Origin: Mytilus californianus | Taxonomy: Eukaryota | DNA length: 64,000 bases | Reading direction: 5' to 3' | Assembly: GCF_021869535.1 (NCBI RefSeq) | Contig: NW_026262659.1 | Span: 4,216,001-4,280,000, forward strand | Part shown: one piece after another, positions 52,891 through 64,000 of the stretch | How the letters are laid out: each line of letters begins with the position of its first letter | Numbering within the stretch: position 1 is the first letter of the stretch | The notes under the pieces: model-generated | Database searches by the model: none | What the model was told of the DNA's origin: nothing | Seen by the model: only the letters and a program-made list of their open reading frames with translations | Translations under genes and position numbers: made by a program

Positions 52891-53339
52891 GTATCTATCA
52901 ACCAATTCGTGATGGTGACTGTAAATCTTATCTAATGCCGATTAAGTAATTCTTGCTCGTAACTCTGTTAGAGCCGATTTTGTGTAAGGAGCACACCTCC
53001 TCGAAGTGAAGTCCGTTCAGTGTGAACACGCACGAGCATAAAGTATCAATTTAGATCTGTAAACACCAAACGATAGGGCAGAGAGTATGTAAACAAGTAG
53101 AACAAAAATACCAAAATCCAAGGCAATTTCAAAAAGGGGAAGTCCATAAAAACTGACAAAATCAAATGCTATCAATCATCGGAACGACGACAAAGGGGGT
53201 TTTTAACGACCTTGACAACCCATGAGGGTATTGCACGGTCGGTATCATCGGAACAAGTGAACAACAACAACTGCCATATTCCTGACTTGGTACAGACATT
53301 TTCCGAAGAAAATGGTGCGATAAACCTGGTTTTATAGTT

Positions 53340-55700
53340 AGCTAATCCTCCCACCTGTAAATGAGATATAGGAGTTCAACAATTGCAATATCGAGGAAAA
53401 GATCAAGATATGAAGTAAAACTTCTAGTTTCGATAGTATCCTTAATCTTAAGATCACTGGAATATATGAAATGCAAGCACGCACTGAAATGTGGGTTATT
53501 GAGTGAAAGGATAACTTCAATATACAGTGTATCTGAAAGTAATATAAAAACACCTTGCAAAATGTTTTTCGTCTTTTCATTGACTCGGTTCTATCTGTAT
53601 GCGTTCTGCTTCATAAGTTTACAAAAACAAGTCGGTCAGTAGGGGTGTACAATAAGTACCCATTGGACAATTGACTGTCTGTTGAAATATAAATCCACCA
53701 AGCTCAACAAATGTGTTGTGGATAAAAAAGTTTGATGATACCATATTCGGTGGACTTGTTGTTGGAATCAATGTGGTTCTCCAGAAAGGAATCTTTTTTT
53801 GTAACCTAAAGCAAGGAATTTATATCTACGATTCATATTTTAGTACAAAAGCTCTCTCTAATGAGACGAGGTGGTCGATTTCTTAATTGAGCATTGGAAA
53901 TAGTTGTGAAAAGCGTATAAAATCAAAAGTTTTGGTATTTATGCAAAATTATAAAGATTGTGATTGGAGATTTTGGAGTAGATCTTTAGAATTCACATCT
54001 GATTCATTGTCTCCGCTGATTGAATATACATCATCACAATGTTTCTGGGGCCATGTTAACAGTAACTGTAGAAAAATGGTGGTAAGAACTTAAGAAAGAT
54101 GTTTTAAATTAATCGAAGATCGTAAAGACCCGACTGTTTATCGGTCCTTATAAAGATTTTTGTGCCGTTTAGATATCCAGTATAAGGACGGGAGATTTTC
54201 GTCGTCCTTTCTGATGTTTATACCAAAGGAGAGGGGGCGCATTTGTGATTTTCTGAAATCTCGTTCGTGAATGATGTAAGGGTTTATGTGGGATTCCCAG
54301 TTTCCATGTGAATTCCAAACTCTGTAGTTACCCTTTCTAAATAACGATTTTTGAATATAAAAAGAATATTCTTTAACGCTTTGTCTGCTGGACCAACAAC
54401 ACGTTTGTCAAGAAAATATGATAACTCATCTATAATCGCAGGCTCTTTGAAAGGGTTAGAAATCCGTGTGCTCATTTTACATTGCAGCTTTTGAATGCGC
54501 TTCTGAGCTTTCATCCATTCAGATAAATTGTTCAATTTTGAATAATCTGGCTCACGCTTTACCCATTTTCTGGCATAGTCTTCCAAATGTATCCCTCGGA
54601 AACCTAAAGTTCTTCCTCCAGGTGGTGGGCTGGTAATTCAAAATTTCTGGCCTGTTGCTAATAGCTAACATCTCTCTCAGTTGTTCATTGCTTACGATGC
54701 CAAGGTGTCCAGTTGTAACAAAGCAGCGGGACTTGTTTGTATGGGCACGATGAACAAGAGCAACCGGGAGGTTTGGATTTTATATCTTTGAGAGTGAAGA
54801 TCTAGAATACCCTCTTGAGGTTGAAATTTTTATGCAATAGGTTCGGTGTATGTTAATGAAATGACAGGTATAGTTTTATCTTTGATGTAATCAGGTATAC
54901 TGCACAGATTTTTGATGGAATATATTGCTAACATTAATAGCATTCAAACTCGTATTAATAAATTCTACCCCTAAATACTACGTTTTTCATCATCTTTGGA
55001 AGTAGTTGTCATAGGTTTAAACAGCCTGTGGAAATCAATATCCATGATTATTGCAACCAATCTGTACTTAGAAGAATTTGTATAAATAACGGAGGTGTGG
55101 AGGGTCTCTTGAAACAATGAGAACAGTTTAGTTCGAATATAGCGAACCAAAGGTTTTTAGCAATGGGTAACAAACCATTAATAGACAAAGTGTATAGGAT
55201 GGAACTGGTGTATATTTCCGATGACCACGACTCCGCGTTGAACAAAGTTGGTAAATAATTTTAATTCGTTAATATCACTACACCTTAATTTGAAAAAGAC
55301 AAAATATCTACAGCATCAATTCTGTCGTTGCATCCAATAGTAATAGTTGGTCCCAATTCTAGAATTCAGACATTTTCTCTTTATAAGCAATATGGTATAC
55401 TCAATATGGGGTCGTTTGTTGAATGATAGAGTCGATCTCTATATGATCCCAACTTTCGTAGAAAACAATGGTGTGGTCAGACTCGTTAAAGTGCTTAAAG
55501 AGAAATACTGTTCTCAGGATCTTTAACATTAGACCGATGATTATTCGCTCTTTCTGTAAGTCATTGCAGTGTTTCACCGACATAGACCATTCCAGAAAGA
55601 GTACATTCAATAACGTACACAATATTAGAGGCAAAATTAATAAAATTCAAATCCTCATGGCTACCGTATATTGTAAAATTTGGTGGTAAAGTTACTTTAA
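53340..55700 (-). pseudogene. Heavily decayed Penelope-like element reverse transcriptase
   Basis: Fragments in several frames: VVGPADKALKNILF..K..Y...EFG...GNPT; NSKDLLQNLQSQSL..NTKTFDF; TFRY...VILSLNNPHF...IY..L.IKDT....SYLDL. These are colinear with Penelope-type RT motifs as recalled. Many stops and frameshifts. Confidence 0.7.
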
Positions 55701-56757
55701 AACACTGGTATTAGTAAAGAGTATACAACAGTTTTTACAGTTTTTACTTTTAGTATTACATATAATGCAATTAAGTTGTCATTGAAATTTAAAATATCTG
55801 AAAGTTGTTAAGTACAGGGCCGAAAATAATTAGACTTAAGTTTGTCTAAATTTTTGGAGTACAAAGAGGAAACTGAAACTGAACACTGAACAAATGCCGT
55901 ATTTAAGATGATCATAGGAACAAATAATTCATTCGGAGTTTTTGTTTCCTTGACGACCTCCCATCCAGTATATTAGTTAGCACGGTGTAGCCGGGCACGA
56001 TGACATATTCCCTTCATCATGCTTCAACGTGAAGATATAATTTTTAAATATTTCGTTTCATATAAAGTACACAATCCGGTAAATGTCCTTTACATATGTC
56101 CAATGGTGGATGGAGCACTAGCGCTGTATATAAAGAGAGCACATGTCAGTCTACATATGAAAATATGGTTCCTCTTTAAAGGGGGTTTAAAGATAAGTTA
56201 GATTAGATTAGATTTTGTGTACTCGTCTACTAATATATCTTAAAAAATGTGGGTGATTAAGCTATTGAGACTAATCCAATCTCTAGCGCTTGATGATGTC
56301 CCTGTCCAAAAGTAAAAGTTCGATCATTTTAGATATTGGGATCGGTTTCCTAGTTGTTATTTTTCAAAAGAATGTGTCGAGTTGAAATAAAGGGACGAGT
56401 TAATACAGCTTATCTTTTTTTTACTTGTCACATGACATACATGTGACTTACACCTGTACTGGAGAATCTCTCATTATCTGTTTAGTTAAATGAAATTAAG
56501 CCCAGTAAGTTTAGTTGCCGGTCACATAAGAGATGTCAATTGTTTTAATATTTGCAGACTGAAAAACCTTCCTTTAGCTATTAATTGTATCAACTTCAAG
56601 GTTGATGACCCCTTCTGTAGGCTAGTGGAAATATAATTTTAAAGTGTTATCGGAGAACAATATATGTAAAACACAGAATGGAAGTGACGTGCCATTTTGT
56701 ACATATACCAAAGAGAAACGTTGTTCAAAGCAAAACTGTTAAATATTTCATTGCATT

Positions 56758-56784
56758 CAGTGGCGGATCCTGAACTTTTTATAA

Positions 56785-56823
<39 letters not shown>

Positions 56824-59800
56824 GCACTGACTGCCATAAGAGAAAAAACAGGTGAACAAGCAAACTCAGTGTAAAAAAGAAACACCTCTGAAAATTTTAA
56901 ACATCAACTTTCAGTCACTTAAAAATAAAAGACAAGAATTACAAGAAATCTTGATATCAACTAAACCTGACATCATCATAGGTACTGAAACCTGGCTCAA
57001 CAAAGACATATTATCATCTGAATTTTTCCCAATGATAGACTATACTGTATATAGGAAAGACCGACCTCTAAGCGATAAAAATCTTAGCCATGGGGGTGTA
57101 CTTATTGCAGTAACAACAAACTTACTATCTGAAGAAATTAGAGATCTACAAACAGACTCAGAGTCTATTTGGGTACAAATAAATATGACAAATGCCAGAA
57201 AGTTAATTGTTGGAAGTTATTATCGACCTCCATCTGATAATGGCACATCAATTGAACAGCTTAAAATTTCACTAGATCGCATAAACCAAAATACAAAATC
57301 TACAATCATTCTTGGTGGCGACTTTAATCTTGGGCACATAAACTGGGATATTCCATGCACCATCCCGAGCAAACCAGACATCAAGCTACATGAACAACTT
57401 CTTAACCTTATGAATGAACATTCACTTGAGCAGATTGTAAAAAAGCCCACAAGGGGAGATAGAACACTTGATCTCTTTTTCACCAACATACCAAGCATAG
57501 TGAACAAATTGGAAACTATGCCTCCTATCGGAAATGCAGACCATGATATCGTCTATGCAGAATGTGCACTATCTCTAAAACGCAACAAGAAATTGACAAG
57601 AAAAACTTACCAGTATAGAAAAGCTAACTGGGAAAACATCAAACAAGATGTGAACAAACTCACACAAGAAATCAAAGGTCATTATCATAGTTCATCTACC
57701 GATGATCTATGGAATACATTCACAGAAAGGCTACTTCAATCAGTCAAGAAAAACATCCCCCAGAAGACAATCACAAACAAGAAAAAACTACCCTGGGTTG
57801 ATAACACCTTAAAAATCATGATAAACAAAGTTAAAAGACTACATAAAAAGAGCAAAAACAGTCCAGATCAAATGAAAAAATACAAAAACTTAAAAAGAAC
57901 ATTACAAAAAGAAATGCGTAATGCCTACTGGAATTACATCGAAAAAATGATATTTGACCTACCAGTAGAAGAACCAGATGACAACATCAGAAAAAAACAA
58001 CCTAAGAACTTGTTTACATACATCAAAAGTATGAAAAATGACAATACAGGCATTGCTGCACTTAGAAAAGATGGTAAACTAACTGATAACACATCTGACA
58101 AAACTAACATCCTAAATAGTCAATTTAAAAAAGCATTTTCCGAAGAAACAACAAGTGAACCTATTCCGGATAAAGGGAAATCAAACTATCCAAAAATGAA
58201 TAACATCACCATTTCCAAGAAGGGTGTAATAAAATTACTGGACAAGATCAATCCTAATAAAGCAACTGGTCCAGATCAAATTTGCGGAACAGTACTTAAA
58301 GAACTTAGTAGTGACATTTCAACTGCAATCACCTACATCTTTCAAAAATCACTTGACAAAGGAAAAATCCCAAAAGATTGGAAACATGCAAATGTCTGTC
58401 CTGTTTTTAAAAAAGGTGATAAACATAACGCAATAAACTATAGACCAATATCACTCACATGTATACTATGTAAGATCATGGAACACATTATAGCCAGTAG
58501 TATGATGGACCACCTAGAAAATAACAAAATCTTGTACGACCTTCAACACGGATTCCGAGCATCTAGATCATGTGAAACTCAACTAGTATCATTCATCCAA
58601 GAACTAGCAAAAAATAACAACAATAACATTCAAACTGACATAATTGTGATGGACTTTGCCAAAGCATTTGACAAAGTTCCTCACAAAAGACTTCTATCAT
58701 ACTGAAATATTATGGCATAGAATACAACACCTTAAAATGGATAGAAGATTTCCTCACATCTCGCACACAAACAGTCATTATTGATGGTGTTCAGTCAGAC
58801 AAAATTAACGTAACATCTGGTGTTCCCTAAGGAACAGTTTTGGGCCCTATCCTGTTCCTTGTGTATATCAACGACTTTAATGAATACATCAAACACAGCA
58901 CCCTAAGATTATTTGCAGATGACAGTATAATTTATAAAACAATACGAAACAAAGAAGACACACAAAAACTGCAAGAGGACCTTACATCAGCAGCAAAATG
59001 GGAGAAGGACTGGCTCATGTCATTCCATCCAGACAAGTGCTCAGTCCTCCAGATAACAACCAAGAAAAACCCATTAAAATTTGACTATACTCTCCACCAA
59101 CATGTACTGCAAAAAGAAACATCCACAAAATATCTGGGCATTACTATACAAACTGACCTAAAATGGAACAAGCATGTAAACAACATCACAGCTGCAGCCA
59201 CACAAAAGCTGAACTTCATTAAAAGAAATTTAAAGGTAAATTCAAAAACAGTTAAAGAAAAAGCATACATAGCACTAGTAAGACCAAAGCTAGAATACAG
59301 CAGCTGCGTCTGGGACCCACATACCAAATCACAAACACACCAACTTGAGATGGTCCAGCGCAGAGCAGCAAGGTACACATGCAACAGATACCATAACACC
59401 AGCTCAGTCACTGATATGCTGCAAACACTAAATTGGGCAACTCTTGAGAAAAGGCGAATAAGAACACGCATCATCTTCTTCTACAAAATCATACATCATC
59501 TTGTAGCCATATACCCGACAGATCTACTCACACAATCCGATACAAGAACACGACAACATTCACATATTTATTCTTTCAGACCCATACAAACCACTAAAGA
59601 CTCATACAAGTACTCATTCTACCCAAGAACAATCTTACAATGGAACCTTCTCCCAGTAACTGCAGTTCAATGTACTACTCTTGAAAGTTTCCGAGAACAG
59701 ATTCCAATATCTGTTCTCAATAAACATCTAAACATTTAAATAAATTCTACAATGTATATAGTTTTAACCAAAATGTAAAGTACAAAAACAGAGGAAAAAG

Positions 59801-60063
59801 AAATTAAATTTTTATTTTTGTATATTATTCACTGTAAATAAAAATTAGATCCCACGCACGCGCGGCATAGTAAAATCAGTGCCCGGCACGTTATCATCAG
59901 TATGTTGATGGAGTGCTGAATTATAAAGAAGAAGAAGAAGAAGAAGAAGAAGAGTGGATCAGCTACAGTCGTGCTTAAGTGATTCCCAATATAATCAACC
60001 AAATATTTCCCACAAAAGGGGGGAGCCTGGCCCGCCAGGGCCCCCTCCCTGGATCCGCCTATG
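56758..60063. mobile_element. GGCGGATCC-type MITE split by the LINE insertion
   Basis: The left end is CAGTGGCGGATCC (56758), followed by a long G run. The right end is GGATCCGCCTATG (60063). GCATT flanks both ends. The LINE occupies the middle. Confidence 0.7.
56843..59955 (+). mobile_element. 5'-truncated CR1/L2-group LINE, ORF2 (APE endonuclease plus RT), inactivated
   Basis: APE motifs ILNINFQS, GTETWL, GGVLI, YYRPP, GGDFN, LDLFFTN, DHDIV. RT motifs YRPISLT, QHGFR, DFAKAFDKVPH, P*GTVLGP, LFADD, KYLG. There is a frameshift near 58700 and a stop near 58828 (PQG to P*G). The 3' tail is (GAA)n at about 59925-59952. Confidence 0.92.
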
Positions 60064-60299
60064 GCATTTATTGGAAAATGGGGATTTGGTGGCAATAAAG
60101 CCAAGATTTTTGCAAAAAAACCACAGACTTTATTACAGAGATTTTCGGCATAAGATAACTAAGATTGTAAACATAGATTACTTACTTGTTTTGTGCATGA
60201 TGTGCTAGCGCATTGTCTACCAAAAGTCCTAAACAACCTTTACCATGTTTACAATCCAAAATACCTCATGCTAACTTGATAAAGAAAAGGGAAGACAAA

Positions 60300-60570
60300 G
60301 GAATACCCCAGACAAAAGATTTTGTAAATTATGTAACAATGACATTGTTGAGGATGAAATGCATTTCCTTCTTCAGTGTCGCTCACTTAGAACTGAAAGG
60401 TTCAGTTTCATTTTAGATTTATCTTCTAAATTTACTTATTTTAAATATCTAAATGACCAATCAAAATTTATATGGTTGATGTCAAATGAAGATCCAATAG
60501 TTAATAATATAATGATAAAATTAATAGATAGTTTAATAAAGACTAGTACAAAAAATGTAGAGCAAAATTA
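60300..60570 (+). pseudogene. 3' remnant of an older L2/Crack-like LINE (C-terminal Zn finger)
   Basis: Translation CKLCNNDIVEDEMHFLLQCRSLRTER resembles the C-x2-C...EDE-x-HF-x3-C tail of L2-group ORF2. Confidence 0.6.
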
Positions 60571-62943
60571 AGTAATAAGACATGAGTGGCCCCCAGCTCT
60601 TCCTTCAATAATACAACGGTACTGACTGTGTTTACTCACTCATTATCTTTGGGAATACACTGTGTTGTTGTCTCCCTTTTCCTATATAGTTTTAGTTTTA
60701 TTGTAGTTTTTCAATAAAAAAAATCATCACAATTATTTGAACACTTTAATTCAAATTAATTGTTCTGCTCCTCTGGGCGTCCGGATTGACAAATAAAAAT
60801 TGTTGTTGCTGTTGAATAACTTGAAAGCCGAGAACACCTTAAAAGGTGTACTTGAATAAGTCCATTTTTATACTTGTTTTAACCAATATCTTTATTTATA
60901 TACTTGTTATAAGGAAATCATTGCAAGCCTGCATGCAATAATCCTCTTTTTTTGAATTGTCTAATATAGGAGCATAAGGGGAACGGCTGTGGATTTTGTT
61001 TATAACATTTCCATGTTTAGCATTGAAACAACAAAAGGGGACATTATCCTTAAATGTAAAAATGTATAAGAAGATGTGGTTACATAATCTCATACTTATG
61101 ACAGAGTTGTCAAGTCAAAATTTTCATAAACCAGGCCTGATCAAGTCTGTACGTATGATTAACATGGAGACAACTATCCACTAGGGTCCAACTTATGTGG
61201 ATGTAAGCAAATATAGTTCACCCTATAGCCCTCAGTGGTGATAAAAACCCATTATATACTAAATATAGTCCAAGTATAAAAGATCCGACATGACAAAATG
61301 TGAAACAATTAAAACGGGGAAAAAACCATCAGCCTGATTTATGTACAAAAGATAAACATAAAACAAATATGGTAGACAACGACCAATCACAACATCTGCC
61401 ATTACAAGCTCCTGACTAACTACACCACACCACAGTGACATACAGAATGTGGCAGAGATAAACATGTTTGTGAGCGCCCTTTTCTCTCCCTAACCTGAGA
61501 CACAACATAATAACATACTGAAAAAATCAATTGAAAAAGGCTTGACTCATCAGATTGACAAAAAGCACAAAAAATAAACTAATAATTAGAGACAAAAGAC
61601 CCAAATTACTAATTCAAGAGTACTCACAGTTACTGATATTTAGTTCAAAAACAATTTAAAACTACGATAAATCATCTCCCAAACTAAAATATTAATCAGT
61701 ACACATCCAACAGATTTAGTGTAAAGACATCATATACCGTCTGAGAAAAGCATGACCTTTTGCAATGCCCAAAATAAAAGAACTTTGTATCCATAATGAC
61801 AGGATGTAGGATCATAAATGATAATAACTGTATAGCAAAACATATTTTGTGATGCTTAAATTTGTTAAAAATAAAATCAATGTTAGTACTGATAAAATCA
61901 AAATTCAAGATCTTACTAGATTGATAACCTTTATGGATAAGATTATTCAAAGGGTCAATGAGTTTACATTGATCCTATTTAAATTTTTCCGTTCTATAAA
62001 TAACAAACAATAAAGATTACTTGAACTAATATATAATGTAAACTGATTAAATTCTTTTAATAGTAGTAGCAAACTGTTTGAATCAATATATTAAAATTTT
62101 TGAATTTGTTTGTTTTGTTCCTAAATTTTCTCCCACACAAAGCTATAATGGCATTGTTGCCTGTGTATTAAAAGACATTTAATACTTTGTTGTATGTATC
62201 ATATCTGCTTTGAGATCTTACCTGGACACAGGTATGCAGACAAAGTTTTGGTTCATTAATTATAAACTTTTTATTGAAGAGAGTATATGATTCTTTGGCC
62301 ATCTTGGATTGCAGATGACAGAAAATTATCGCTGTAGATTTTTACTTAAAACTAGTACATTTTGTTGCAGATTTAATGTAATTTATATGCATGACTTTTC
62401 TTTTAACTTTTTAAAAAATGAAAATTTTTCTATTAATTCAAAAGTTGTAAATACTAATAGGCTATACTAATAATACTTAAAAAGGATAAGATGAATCGCC
62501 AGATAACATATTGTACAGTACAACAGACCACAACAACCACCCACATCTGACAACTCAAGACAGACAACAAACCACAACCAAAGACAAATGGTCCAGACAT
62601 TCCCAAATTGGCATAGGCACAAAATGTGATAGGGTTTAACCAATTTCATATATGCACAAACATCCCCCTTACATTATCTAGGCCAAATACTGTTGTTCAT
62701 GGGATACCAATTTTCGTTGATTTCATGGGGATAGGGAAACCAAGAATTTAAATGTTTAAGGAAGTGTAAATTTTCTATAGGCTCAGTATACAAACTTTTG
62801 CAAAACCACAAAATCAAATATCCATCAAAATACAATTTTTCCTTAATCCTCGAAAATTGGTACCCAGCTTATATCTGAAATCCCATATAAATAAACCTTC
62901 TATACTGTATATTTGTGACAAATCTATTTTTTATTTCAGGTCA

Positions 62944-63092
62944 ATGTTGATTATTTTGATAGTCTCCTTATTGTGTCCATTTATTTGGTCACTAGATAAT
63001 GGATTGGCTTTAACACCACCTTTAGGATGGCTGACCTGGGAAAGATTCAGATGCCAAACCAACTGTAAAGAGTATCCCAAGAATTGTATCGG
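62944..63092 (+). CDS. NAGA: First coding exon of a GH27 alpha-N-acetylgalactosaminidase / alpha-galactosidase A-like enzyme
   Basis: After acceptor tttcag (62939): signal peptide [16 protein letters not shown], then [33 protein letters not shown], then donor GG|gtaatt. This is the canonical GH27 N-terminus (LDNGL..TP.MGW..WERF.C...C...P..CI). NAGA versus GLA cannot be decided from one exon. Confidence 0.88.
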
Positions 63093-64000
63093 GTAATTAT
63101 TTACAAATACTTCATCAATTATTTCATTCTTTAAAAATATATCCACACAGGAGGCAGTTGTGTATAGAATCAATGTACAGTACAATGGCTGTTATCAGGG
63201 TTAATTCTTACTATGGCCTTAAATACATAACATTATAGTTTGATCAATTAAATAATAAAAAGAAGAATTTTAGTAAACTTTCTGATAAAAACAAATTAAT
63301 TTGGCTTTTAAGCAATGAAGACACAGACATCATTCATATAATTCATAAACTTTTAAAACAATTGTCCAAAGAAAGAGATGCACTAATGAATAATTGACTT
63401 AAGATCTGTCCCCTTTATTATTATTTTTATTATTATATGAATTGTTTGTGTTCCAAGTGGAATCCATATTCCCTGGTTTCCATTCACCAGTATATTTTCA
63501 TGGAGTTCTTTTCTTTAATAAATGTATATATGATGAATGTTTAATCAACTTAATCATTGAAATCATGTTTAGTATTGTATGTTTTGTCTTGTAATCATAA
63601 TTAAACTGTAATTATTCTATTCTAATACAGGCACTATATTTGTATGTGTATTTGAAACAAACCCATAAAACTCTTGACAAGCATTTCCCGTTAATGGGAT
63701 ATTAAATTTCAAACAATTGCCATTACAGCAAATCTGAAAAATTGCTTCCTCAGTAAAAAACTTGTCAAACTCTATAGATTTGATACAAAATTCTTTTATT
63801 CATTCAGCATGGAAAATTTTAACAAAATATTTCATGTTCAGTAAATATGGTAAAATTTCAAATAATTGGCCCCCAGAATTGATGGATGTTTTCCGTCTGT
63901 TGGGAACTATATGTTAATGTTTGGCTGTTATTTGTCATAAGGTGACTGTCTCGTTGATATTTACACCTATAACACTATTCATTCATATAGATTTGGCTGA

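Noticed and set aside
56639-56863. Poly-proline ORF
   Set aside because: It arises from the poly-G tract (about 56784-56821) inside a MITE.
57220-59474. Minus-strand ORFs 57220-57507 and 59085-59474
   Set aside because: They are antisense shadows of LINE ORF2.

Overview
AT-rich, intron- and repeat-rich eukaryotic DNA, most likely from a bivalve. The repeat families resemble those of Mytilus; this is an inference. Four host genes were reconstructed by hand from GT-AG exons. (1) A myotubularin (MTMR2/MTM1-like) on the minus strand, with 10 coding exons from 31232 down to 4429, continuing beyond the window start. (2) A 9-exon, 389-aa Cys-rich type I membrane protein on the plus strand (33447-42928). 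(3) Its 5-exon, 191-aa secreted short paralog (47827-51955). (4) The first coding exon of a GH27 alpha-N-acetylgalactosaminidase/alpha-galactosidase (62944-63092). Myotubularin intron 1 holds an 11.4-kb Mutator-like transposon with TIRs, a 9-bp TSD and a spliced transposase gene carrying one stop codon, plus a tRNA-bearing miniature LTR element. Other mobile DNA includes a THAP-Harbinger/ISL2EU-type pseudogene, hAT and MULE MITEs with TSDs, Helentron-like elements, a CR1/L2-group LINE nested in a MITE, a decayed Penelope-like RT and hammerhead-ribozyme remnants. The most unusual recurrent signal is tandem duplication of exon 3' ends together with their 5' splice sites, seen at four different exons in two genes.
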